This document shows, piece by piece, positions 13,551-25,251 of a stretch of DNA of 63,752 bases. The translations under genes and the position numbers were made by a program. The stretch lies in NCBI RefSeq assembly GCF_001194135.2, contig NC_068997.1, positions 11,137,730 through 11,201,481 of the forward strand, given 5' to 3'. The DNA comes from Octopus bimaculoides. Its lineage: Eukaryota. The notes beneath the pieces were generated by a model. That model saw only the letters and a list, made by a program, of their open reading frames with translations. It searched no databases and was not told the origin of the DNA. Numbering within the stretch: the stretch's first letter is position 1; the number at the start of each line of letters is the position of its first letter.

Positions 13551-15649
13551 CATCTTTGCTTTAGAGGGTCAAAGATGGCCTTAAAAGTATTGAAATGCCA
13601 AAGATGCCTTAAAAGCATTTAAGAAGCGCAGTGTATCGTTGGTATGAGCTACATGCTGAATTTCAAGACAATCAATTTTGCGTTGGTTGTTAGGTGCTCT
13701 TTATCTAGCGCTATCTATGTTTCATGTGTACTCAGATTATTATGTTCGTCTACACCACTCTTTGAAACGTGACCCGTTATCTCAGAATCTTAGTATGACG
13801 TTTCAAATGTTGCGTTAGGCATAAAATCAAAAGAAGACAAATAGTAAACTTTACAGTTTATTTAACTTATGTTAGAAAATACTCAACCTGTTAAATAATC
13901 AGATGCAGTTGTCTAAGGAACAATTCCGCATTCCTTCGTATTGCAAGGAAGAATGTACTGAAAATTTAAATGCTGAATGAGGAGAAGGGAATCTTCAAAA
14001 AATCCATTATTTGATTATTTGAATATAATAAAATAAAGATTGAAATTAATTAGGAAATCTATGAAATGAAACTGTGGTTACAATGATATGAAGTAGTGAA
14101 ATTACTCCACGCATGCAGCTATTCTATATGACAGGACGTAAAAGTAAATTTACTCGGCAATCGAAATTTAATTGAATGAATCTTAAATCACTTCAATTAA
14201 ATAAAATGGCGGTACTTAAAATAACTTGTTTATATGTCTTTCAAGATCCACTTGAATTTTAATTGCGAAAATTTACAAACTCTACAGATTAACAAAAATA
14301 ACTATGAATTATTGCATTTCAACAAAGAAAAACGAAAATAGATGCATGCTATAATCTTTTAGTTGACGTTGCTTCGGAACATATATTCTAAGGTGCATTC
14401 ATAAACATGTATATGCATATACCTATAATTGTCACGAGAGCTATATATACATGTATACATACATGTACACATATATATATATACATGGCACACACANNNN
14501 NNNNNNNNNNNNNNNNNNNNNNNNNNNNNNNNNNNNNNNNNNNNNNNNNNNNNNNNNNNNNNNNNNNNNNNNNNNNNNNNNNNNNNNNNNNNNNNNNNNN
14601 NNNNNNNNNNNNNNNNNNNNNNNNNNNNNNNNNNNNNNNNNNNNNNNNNNNNNNNNNNNNNNNNNNNNNNNNNNNNNNNNNNNNNNNNNNNNNNNNNNNN
14701 NNNNNNNNNNNNNNNNNNNNNNNNNNNNNNNNNNNNNNNNNNNNNNNNNNNNNNNNNNNNNNNNNNNNNNNNNNNNNNNNNNNNNNNNNNNNNNNNNNNN
14801 NNNNNNNNNNNNNNNNNNNNNNNNNNNNNNNNNNNNNNNNNNNNNNNNNNNNNNNNNNNNNNNNNNNNNNNNNNNNNNNNNNNNNNNNNNNNNNNNNNNN
14901 NNNNNNNNNNNNNNNNNNNNNNNNNNNNNNNNNNNNNNNNNNNNNNNNNNNNNNNNNNNNNNNNNNNNNNNNNNNNNNNNATATATATTCATCCATCCAT
15001 CTAAATCTCTACCTATCTCTCTATATACACGTCTACATGTCCCAACATATAGATAAATACTTAGAAATATCCATATTTACACGGGTTTAATATACATATG
15101 CATGCATGCATATTTAATAATATAATATATTTTATATGCTTTTATGTATGATTGTGATACCTACGCACAATAGTCTGTAAAAATCTGCATAAAATACATA
15201 AATGTAAAGCAGCTTCAAATTAAGGAGGTTTATTGAAGATGTCTCAGACACTTTGGTTCCTTGTCATTCAATGCGAAATAATGCGATACAGCAACGTTCT
15301 TCTCTATTTGAAATGGCTTGTGGATTGTGAAGTATTAATAATTTGATAAACCGATTCTCTTCTCATAAAAAGATAAAGATATATCAATATAATTATTGCA
15401 AGTTTTCCTCGCTACCTTCCTTGATTTTTCTATATTTTAAAATATTCTATTTCTTGAATTAAATATCGCTTCCTTAAAGTATGATTGGTCCACGCATATA
15501 CATTGGTCACGAATTCGTACGTGTATGTGAAATCTTGTATTTGTTTCCAAATATGAATTCATACATACACACACGGACTCATACATATATGCAGTCAAAC
15601 TAAAAGTATATATCGGTATGTGTGGCCACATGTATAGAAAAATATGTGT

Positions 15650-15717
15650 GTGTACATAATATATACATGTATATATATGTATGCATATATATAAATATAT
15701 ATATGTGTATATATATT

Positions 15718-15758
<41 letters not shown>
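15650..15758. repeat. TA-rich then (CA)n microsatellite
   Basis: Seen directly. Confidence 0.9.
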
Positions 15759-15760
<2 letters not shown>

Positions 15761-18120
15761 GTACGAGAAGTATCAGACGCTTCCACCGAGATTTGATGGT
15801 GCATAAATAAGCATCTATGTTCTGTTCCTTTTGTACTCCTATAGTTTCATAGTCACTATATATGAATAACTGACATTTTATTTAGCTTTCACGAATGAAT
15901 GCATTTTAAATATAATCTCTCAGTCTCTCCCTTCACCGAATAATAATTCAGTATGTCCATTTTATTGATAATACACTCTTGTTTCGATTGCGATTTGGCT
16001 GCTAGTTCCAGCCAAACGGTTTAGGGTTCAATGGCACCCAGAAACATTTTGGGCAGAGCAATCTTACTGGACAAACCAATGCGTTTGGGTACAGAAACAA
16101 TGTGATACTTGTGTGTATATCTGTGTGTGTGTATATCTTTTCTCGAATTTGATGGACATATAACCGTACTTAAGCCGACTGAAGAAATCTCTATTGAGAC
16201 TTTTTTATTGATGTACCTCAAGAGACCCAGAACGCGTCGAAACCTGTATATATCATCTATATACAAAAACACATTTTTTTTATGGATCAATTTGTTTAAA
16301 ACGCGTAAAATATAAAGTTATGCAATATTAACGTTTCTAGATTAATTGATAGAGAAAATTCGCCTCTACATCGAACCATATATTTTCCTTAAGTAAACGT
16401 GTAGATTGCAAGAATTAGAAGCGAAACTTTTGGCAGAATAAATCCTGTAGTTTTGCAACATGCTACTTTGCAGAAGAAAAGCTTCCGGGAAGACTTATGC
16501 CTTGCAGAAGAGAAAATAGCTATTCCTAGAATGCACGATCACCTAGGGTGACACGAAACAACACAGATACATCGATATTAATAATTTCTATCCGTGTATG
16601 TTTCATAGAATAACTAATTCCCCCGGTGTTTCAACTGTTAGAAAATGTTTTGCATAGGCATCAATGTCTTTGATTGATGTCGAATCAAAAAAAATAATAT
16701 GTACTCAGGCAAGTCCTTTGATGTGTTCCAGCCATTTCCCCATTTCAATATTGCATTATCAGAATAACCTAGATGATACATATAATGCAACCTTCAACCA
16801 GTGATAATATATTCACATTCTCCAGAGGCTTGGTTTTAAAGATATTAAGCAGATTTATGCACAGACTGCGTCTCCCGTACTGCTGATGCACTAAAATATA
16901 CCATCACAACAGGCTAGTGCATATGTGTGTGTGTGTGTGGCTCTCTCTCTCTGTGTATATATATNNNNNNNNNNNNNNNNNNNNNNNNNNNNNNNNNNNN
17001 NNNNNNNNNNNNNNNNNNNNNNNNNNNNNNNNNNNNNNNNNNNNNNNNNNNNNNNNNNNNNNNNNNNNNNNNNNNNNNNNNNNNNNNNNNNNNNNNNNNN
17101 NNNNNNNNNNNNNNNNNNNNNNNNNNNNNNNNNNNNNNNNNNNNNNNNNNNNNNNNNNNNNNNNNNNNNNNNNNNNNNNNNNNNNNNNNNNNNNNNNNNN
17201 NNNNNNNNNNNNNNNNNNNNNNNNNNNNNNNNNNNNNNNNNNNNNNNNNNNNNNNNNNNNNNNNNNNNNNNNNNNNNNNNNNNNNNNNNNNNNNNNNNNN
17301 NNNNNNNNNNNNNNNNNNNNNNNNNNNNNNNNNNNNNNNNNNNNNNNNNNNNNNNNNNNNNNNNNNNNNNNNNNNATATATATATATATAATATGCATAC
17401 GTGCGCGCACACTTATGAATAAGCACATACTTATGCAAATACACTAATATATATGTACAGGTGCACACATATTAGTACACACACACATAGATATGTATAC
17501 GTCTGTGTGTGTATGTGTGTACGTGCGTGTGTGTGTTTTATGTATGTCTCAATGCTTTGTGCGTATATGTAATTACGTGATTTTTATTTACTTTCAGTTT
17601 TTCATTTATTAGGCATGCCCATTCTGTAGCACCGCATTCGAACGTCGATTTCTGTCAATCACAAAATGTCTTCTGTTACTTACTTGAATGTTGACGTTGA
17701 GTTTTGTCAATCGCAATATCTATTCTGTTATATAGTTCAATGTTTATGTCAGACATAAATCTTAGGCGGGCATTGGCGTAGGAGGAAATGACCACTCCTT
17801 TAGAAATGAACCCAAAAAGTGTTTATCTGCATGAAATTAGAGCAGACCGCAAAAATGCTTGACAGTAATTTCACACACAGAGACAGTTGACGCGATTATT
17901 TATTTATGGCCTTGTCTGTATATATGCATCTATAAGTTTATATATAATAAATTGATAAACCTTTACCCTTTTAATTTGTAATATATATATATATATATAT
18001 ATATANNNNNNNNNNNNNNNNNNNNNNNNNNNNNNNNNNNNNNNNNNNNNNNNNNNNNNNNNNNNNNNNNNNNNNNNNNNNNNNNNNNNNNNNNNNNNNN
18101 NNNNNNNNNNATATATATTT

Positions 18121-18232
18121 GTCTGTGGAGTGCTCAGCCACTTGCAGGTTAATTTCACGAGCAGGCTGTTCCGTTGATCAGATCAACTGGAACCCTCGAC
18201 GTCGTAAGCGACGGAGTGCCAGCAACAAACAA
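18121..18232 (+). mobile_element. Retroposon 3' tail (RTE-type LINE/SINE end)
   Basis: GC-rich island ending in CAACAAACAA, preceded by a CGTCG-TAAG-CGACG stem-loop; family assignment from memory. Confidence 0.5.
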
Positions 18233-19315
18233 ATATATATAAAGCCAAAATACTAAGTGCGCGTACAAAGTTCACGAACCCACACTTACTCAAACAGCCT
18301 CACACATATTTATAGAAATGTACGTAATATATTTTGAGCGCTTGTGTTTCTCTGTTGCGTGGCTTTAACTTGTTTGTGGACAGTAAAGTTCAGAGAATTA
18401 ACTTGTGGACGTCAGCTTATAGAGCAGAAAATAGAAATTTTCTTTCTGAAACTTGATACCGAATATTTACAAAATTTTCTCCTATTTGACTTTTGATGTA
18501 AATGAAATTTTCTGTCACTGCAGCGATTTATTTTCTATTTCAGGTGCTAATGAAATCAAAATATCAAATTTCATTTTCTTTCACTATTTTAAATTCTTAT
18601 GAGTCTGTTTTTACGTTGCATTAATTGAACGCCTTCAATTTCATACTGGTCTTCTTGTAGAGGATCTGCATCATCGTAGGTGTTATAGTTTGCTCATCGT
18701 CGCAGTATACCGGTGTAGAAATTATGCGCTATATCGTTTTTGTAGTCAAACCCCTCAGGCATATTCTCTTTTATTTCAACACCATTCCGTCATAACTTCG
18801 TTTTTTCTTCTTCTTCCAGTGATGCAGCTACTGTGACCTGTACGCTATAATATTCAGCAATAGAACAGCTTATGTATTACTTCGGGAATAGCGGTTACAA
18901 AAAGAATTTTCAAGGCCACGTATGTCTTATACTTGCTTGTTTAATTTTAAAAAAAAAAAACAAGTCAGAAAGGCTTGTTTCTAACACTACTTGTGGAAAA
19001 CGGTGATTCACTTCCAGGAAACGTGACTGCAACATTATCGATTTCTCACTACGAGGTGGCGGTGAAAATTTCTGACTTTGGGCGAGAAAAAATACAGGAG
19101 GATCATTCAATTATGATTCTAATCAACACATCACCCTCTCCGATCCACGCACTTATTGCAGCGACCTTTCATATTTTCTAAACCTTGTAAGAAAACTCGG
19201 AAGTTCGGGCCTCCAACCAGGCCTTTCGTGATACTCTTGAAGCCGGAAGCTTTACAGCACCCAACCATGCATGTCTCTATCGTAACATTAGATTGTAAGT
19301 ATTGTTTCGAATTTA

Positions 19316-19537
19316 AGGAGATGAGGTGGCAGGAACGTTAACACACTGGTCGAAATACTTAGCTGTATTTCATCTGTCGCTGTGTTCTGAGTTCAAATTC
19401 CGCCGAGGTCGACGTTGCCTTTCATCCTTTCCGGGTCGATAAATTAAGTACCAGTTGCGTATTGTCGTCGATCTACTCAAATGTCCCTCCCCCCGAAAAC
19501 AAATTGGTGGCCTTGTGCCTAGAATAGAAAAGAATAT
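19316..19537 (+). mobile_element. tRNA-derived SINE (octopus-type), near full length
   Basis: A-box-like TGGCAGGAACGTTAAC, B-box-like GAGTTCAAATTCC, then CGCCGAGGTCGACGTTGCCTTTCATCCTTTCCGGGTCGATAAATTAAGTACCAG. Related copies occur elsewhere in this window. Confidence 0.85.
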
Positions 19538-19618
19538 TGCTTCAAATTTAATACAATTACAGTAATCTTACGCGAGTGGGTACTCGATTACATCAAACAT
19601 TTCTTGACCGAAAAAAAT

Positions 19619-19757
19619 ATTCCTTTCTTCTCTAGGTACAAGGCCCGAAATTTTTACAGAGGGAACCAGTCGATTAGATCGACGCCAGTACGCAACTGGT
19701 ATTTAATTTTCTGACCCCGAAACGATGAAAGGTAATGTCGACCTCTGTGGAATAATT
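19619..19757 (-). mobile_element. 3' half of the same SINE family, inverted
   Basis: Reverse complement AAATTATTCCACAGAGGTCGACATTACCTTTCATCGTTTCGGGGTCAG...GGCCTTGTACCTAGAGAAGAAAGGAATATT aligns to the 3' part of 19316-19537. Confidence 0.8.
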
Positions 19758-20419
19758 TGAGACCAATATTACACGTGGTGTGTACTATGTTCATTCATTT
19801 GTTATAGATATGAATAATTTTCTGGTATGCCCCTTTGAGATATTCCTGTCTCTCTTTGCAGGCCCATTATTTCATTTCATTAAAATATCTTCGCTTAATT
19901 CATCAAGAATCCTAGCCTCATAGGCGACGATTTACATTGGTGAAAGACACTTTCTAACAAATTCTATTTGCAAAATGTTACTGAAAACATGTATATCTGA
20001 GAAATCACATGACCAATAGTATAGTATGCAGTGGATCACAAAGGAAAAATTTGAATTCAAAGGAAATTTCTTAGCTATTAAGACAAACCGTGTAAATATA
20101 AATTTCTAGCACTGTCACACGGTAAGGGCGGGGGGAGATATTACTTCGGTGAAAAGTACCCAATTGACTGCTAATTTCTTTACTTTCATTCGTCAGTTTC
20201 TTCTTCCACATATTCTATAACACATGTTTATCTCATTCTATCTTTACTGTTTACAAAATATTTTCTTGAAAATAAAATTTAGCACTGATTAAAATATCTA
20301 ATTTTATATACGCTCCTTGGTTTTTATATATACTCTCTTCACAAATTTCAGTTCATTATAAACAATTAGATGTAACACACATTTTCTACTAATATATAAT
20401 TCACGTTGACAGTAAATTG

Positions 20420-20579
<160 letters not shown>

Positions 20580-21092
20580 GTGTAATGAATCACAAAATAA
20601 CTTATTTTGTTTTCCGTTTCGCAAAGAAATATTATACAATTATACGTAATTATGTTATTTCCAATAACATTCGGACATAAGATATACAAATTATTTATAT
20701 GAAGTTTCTGTTATTTCAAATATTCATCGTTGAAAATTTCTGTTTGATAAATTAGCGAGATGCAGGTTGCTTTTTACAAGCTAGAATTTGTAAAATGCTT
20801 AATGGAAGGAAGATATAATTTTTTACGTTTGAGTTTTATAATTTGGCTAAGAGTTCTTAGCCAAATTTGTTTCACATGAGACTCGAACACCGACAGTAAC
20901 TTACAAAGTACAGCTTTATTATACGTTGTTGGTCTCAACACACTAATAGTATTTGTTTATTTAACTAAATGTGAAACTCACAGTTCCAGGAAAATCATGA
21001 AATGTTAAATTATGTCCATTACATTTCATATGGGTGTGGAAGACGAAATTACAGAAGTTTGGAGTATTATTGCAAAGCGAGCGGATGACAGA

Positions 21093-21093
<1 letters not shown>

Positions 21094-21140
<47 letters not shown>
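21094..21140. repeat. (TA)n microsatellite
   Basis: Seen directly. Confidence 0.95.
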
Positions 21141-21143
<3 letters not shown>

Positions 21144-21902
21144 TTAGATAGAAGTATCTTTGTATATCAGCAGCATTTATAATTATCAGACGTATTTTCG
21201 ATCGATTGAATAAGGCATGTAACAAGTAAAAGGCACCCTCCCCGCCAAATACATTTCCACCGTAAAAAAATAAGAATGTTCTGTTTTGTGTAATCCTAGA
21301 TATATTGTGTAAAAGACATGATTCTTATAATCTTTGTGGATTGTTCTGCTGAATCAGTGTTAATGTTTGACTAAACAACACAGCGACAGCAGCTTCTTTA
21401 TTCCTCAGCATTCCGATATCGGTTTAGCACAGACACATACATGTGTGATGAAATGGAAACGCTCGATAGCATCAACACTTGCATATAACACGTATATCAA
21501 TTATCGATAATAGACGAATAACAAAGAAAAACTGGGTCCTATAAAATCGCAACGCAAAGAGATGGTGTGATTACTAGACCGATCAAGTAACATTTATTGG
21601 ATTTTTAGTTTAATCTAAAGTATTTTTATTGTATGGGTATGTGGGAGTGATAGCTCGAAGTACAAGAAAGGAAATAAATGTCGAGGAGAAAGTTAGCGTA
21701 GTGACTGATATTACTATAGTGTAACCTTGTTCTCGGTGCACAGCCGGAATGTTTGTTATCGATTTGGAGCGAGAGTTGGAGAGTGCAAGAAGAGATGGGT
21801 TTAATTAATAAAAGAAAAAGGTATACAGAAATGTATATGAATTCTTCAGATACCCACTGATCCTTTCAGCGTTTAAAGATAATTTGGTATTAATATTTAA
21901 AG

Positions 21903-22110
21903 AATTTAAGGCAGCAAACTAACTGAATATTTAGCAAGCCGGGTAATATGCTTAGCGGCATTTCGTCCGCTTTCACATACTTAGTTTAAATTGCGCCGAG
22001 ATCGATTTGGCGTTTCATTCTTTCGGGGTCGATAAATCAAGTACCAGAGGTCAATGTAATCAACTTCACCATTACCATGATATTGCTAACCGTGTGCCAA
22101 AACTGAAACC
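21903..22110 (+). mobile_element. SINE, same family as 19316
   Basis: ATGCTTAGCGGCATTTCGTCC...AGTTTAAATTGCGCCGAGATCGAT...TTTCGGGGTCGATAAATCAAGTACCAG. Confidence 0.75.
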
Positions 22111-22134
22111 TATGTGTAAGTCAGTTAAATCAAT

Positions 22135-22225
22135 GAGCTTGCAGAATTATTTGTACGACGGACAAAATGCTTCTAAATTCTGAAATTCCACCGAAGTCGA
22201 CTTTACCTTTCATTCTGTAGCAGAG
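22135..22225 (+). mobile_element. Truncated SINE copy directly after the 21903 copy
   Basis: GCAGAATTATTTG...AAATTCCACCGAAGTCGACTTTACCTTTCATTC. Confidence 0.5.
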
Positions 22226-23499
22226 ATGATTCTCTTCATACAATTGGTATTTCGACCTGAAGAAATGAATATATTTTCCATTTTTGGTACACTAATTCGG
22301 TCACCGCGGAAAGACACAATGAAATAATCGTGGTTTGTAGAGTTCCAACCGTGACTAAAATTTAAAGAAATTACAAATGATCAGAATTCACTTGAAAATC
22401 CTTGCTGAGTATAATAAACTAGGTTCATCTCTACGGACATAATACAATGATGGGACTCAAATAAAATTCAGGAAATTTACAGCATGTAGACTTGTAGGTC
22501 TCTTTGATCCATCTGAACACTACGAGAATCATTGTTATCATTAGTGATATTTGGACTGGAACTATGATTTTGTCTATCGAAGTGTCAATTTTATGTATTA
22601 ATATAATTTTCCGAAGACTAAATTTCGAAATACAAAACCACATTTTAGTTCAAATTTATTGTACCTAAGTTAAGTGTATTGCTAAGTTCACTTGAAACGG
22701 GTAGCGATCATCATCACTTATGTTACGAAAACATACTTACTGAAAATATTTATTTCCCTCTATATACAAGAGACATCAATAGTCAGCTCAATTCTATTTT
22801 GTAATAGGAGGATATATTAGATCAGTATCTTTATATACAGGAAATTAATGTATATTCTCTTAAGTCTAGATAATGAAAACCATTAAAATTGTTATTTCTG
22901 AAACGAAAATATTGATTTTTTTTCCTTGTTTCACATAAGATAAATTTTGATTCACGTAAATTGAGATGGCGATTTTTTGCACAATATAAATGATGCAATT
23001 TCCTTCTTAATTCTCTAAGGGAATATATCAAGAGAACTCGTCGAATACTAGATCATGTGAGGTGGCATTTCTCTATTCGTTACCTAACACGATAGATGTT
23101 TGAATGAGTCAAGTTTTGGGAACTGGAATGAAAGCCGTAAAATATTCAACCTTTCACCAATGAATTACAATTTTAGAACACAGCTTATCGATCGTAAATA
23201 ATTAAACACTTTGTTACGAAACAATCACTTTAGCATGCTATAACATGCAATATATTAATACAAAATGCAGTAAGAGATAAATGTTTATATAAGTATAGCG
23301 TACGAAACATCACGAATTCCTAAGAATGTCTCCAGCCATGCATATCACAACATTTTGACATTTATAACATAGGGTTTAACAAAAATCTCAGTAAGTTTGG
23401 AACATTAATTATAACCTGCTGCGAATATGCCAACAGATGTAGAGATCAGTTTAACCATGCTGAAGTTAAATATAAGAAAGAAGGGACTGAAGGTTTATT

Positions 23500-23791
23500 T
23501 TCGAGATCAGTTAATACCTGGATATTAACTCGAGGTACCGTGCATGAAATCAGTCTATCAACCTTTCTACACCCAGGAGTGTTATGAGAGTCTCTTCTAT
23601 ACGGGGCGAAAAGGGAATCGACAAAAATTCACACACACATACACACACAGACAAGCATACACACACACGGTATACGCACTTACACGTGCACATATGCACA
23701 TGCACTTGCATACGTCCACATACACACGCATATGCAGAAACACACACACAACATGTGCACACATATACACACACACACACACACTCACACA

Positions 23792-23831
<40 letters not shown>

Positions 23832-23998
23832 GTCGGTCTTCTTCCAGATTCTGCCCACGAATCAATTCACAATGCTTTGGTCGGCCCGATGTTATAGTAG
23901 GAGTCACTCGCCTAAGCTGGCATGCACTGAGACGATTCCCTGAACCACGTGACTTTGGAAGCAAACTTCTAACATCAAGCCAACCCATGTGTGCGCCA
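23500..23998 (-). mobile_element. Second tRNA-derived SINE family, with an internal expanded CA/TA microsatellite
   Basis: 23828-23998 is clear (GCTTTGGTCGGCCCGATGTTATAGTAGGAGTCACTCGCCTAAG...GAACCACGTG...AAGCAAACTTCTAAC; head on the minus strand). 23625-23828 is microsatellite. 23500-23620 is a doubtful degenerate 3' half. Confidence 0.6.
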
Positions 23999-24250
23999 AT
24001 ATATATATATATATATATATATATAAGGAAAATAAGACAAGGTAACAAATGCTCAAGTAATTTTATCATTAAGTACACTTTAGAACCAGTTTCCGTCTTT
24101 GGACTTTTTCTACTAAGACTAAAATAAGAAAGGCAATTGAATTAGAGAAAAAAAAAAATTAAGTTAAATGTTTTGTAGATATTTCTATAGTCGTTAGATA
24201 GGTAAATATTTCCAAAGTCTCTGGAGAGAGAGACAGACAGACTATCTGTT

Positions 24251-24490
24251 TCAGTCTTCAGGCAGATCTAGTTTGGAAAATTCTTTTCCACCATTTAACT
24301 TTCAAAAAACGTTATCTGTAGTTGGGAGGCAGTCTTTCAGTCTTGTAGAAAAATGTGCACATAGCCTAATCTTATTATTTTTTTCACATCATTCTTCTAC
24401 GATAGTCTCTAAATATAAATCCTGGTTCGCTTGCTCCATTGTCGAGAGAATCTTTGCCCGAACGAATTTCTCTATCTTCAGGAGCTAGAA
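24251..24490 (-). mobile_element. Gypsy LTR-retrotransposon relic (K02A2.6/Cer-like): gag fragment fused to RT fragment
   Basis: One minus frame reads KIEKFVRAKILSTMEQANQDLYLETIVEE*CEKNNKIRLCAHFSTRLKDCLPTTDNVF*KLNGGKEFSKLDL (cf. RT KIRxCADFSTGLNxCL...PLP...IFxKLNGGKxFSKLDL). Confidence 0.7.
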
Positions 24491-24954
24491 GTCCTTGCAC
24501 AAAGAAAAATAATTTGAAGATATCCTCAGTTATATCCTGGAGTTTGAAACTTTCGCACATACGATAATTTTAAAACCAGGACCTTTTCAGAATCTCATCG
24601 TACGGATAGACGGTCCGGGAAGAAATTATCCGTGTAAATATATTATAGTCTTTTATAAGTGTATAATTATCCACTTGGTCAGAGATAAAGCATGAAAATT
24701 GCTCTGATGGTGGTGGGTGTCAATTGAATCAGAAACACGCATGCTTAGCTATTGTTTTGGCTCCAGCAATTGACAGTTTTTTTATCAATGCGAGGATAAT
24801 TTCAGAGAACACTTGGTTTTCCAGAAATAGTTTCTTCTCATTGAGTGCCGTGCAAATTACCCCACAGGGTTTGAGGTATTGTCTGTCGTGTTATTGCCAC
24901 CGATCCTTCTACATTTTTTTACCAAATTATAGACACTTATACGCGCGCGCGACC

Positions 24955-25083
24955 ACACACAGACATATATATATATACGCATATACGTGTGTGTGCGTGT
25001 GTGTGCGTGTGTGTGTATGTGTGTATGTGTTTGTGTGTGTGTGTATGTATATGTTTATGTGAATACACACATACACACACACA

Positions 25084-25132
<49 letters not shown>

Positions 25133-25210
25133 NNNNNNNNNNNNNNNNNNNNNNNNNNNNNNNNNNNNNNNNNNNNNNNNNNNNNNNNNNNNNNNNNNNN
25201 NNNNNNNNNN

Positions 25211-25250
<40 letters not shown>
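24955..25250. repeat. Compound TG/CA/TA microsatellite spanning a gap
   Basis: Seen directly; N-run at 25133-25210. Confidence 0.9.

Positions 25251-25251
<1 letters not shown>

Noticed and set aside
17686-17830. 46-codon minus frame ending at a CAA|GTAAGT donor
   Set aside because: The nearest good acceptor (CTAATTTCATGCAG) puts a stop in that frame; no recognisable product.
24390-24500. Apparent minus-strand exon GLLAPEDREIRSGKDSLDNG... behind a strong acceptor
   Set aside because: Better explained as an alternative frame of the Gypsy relic.
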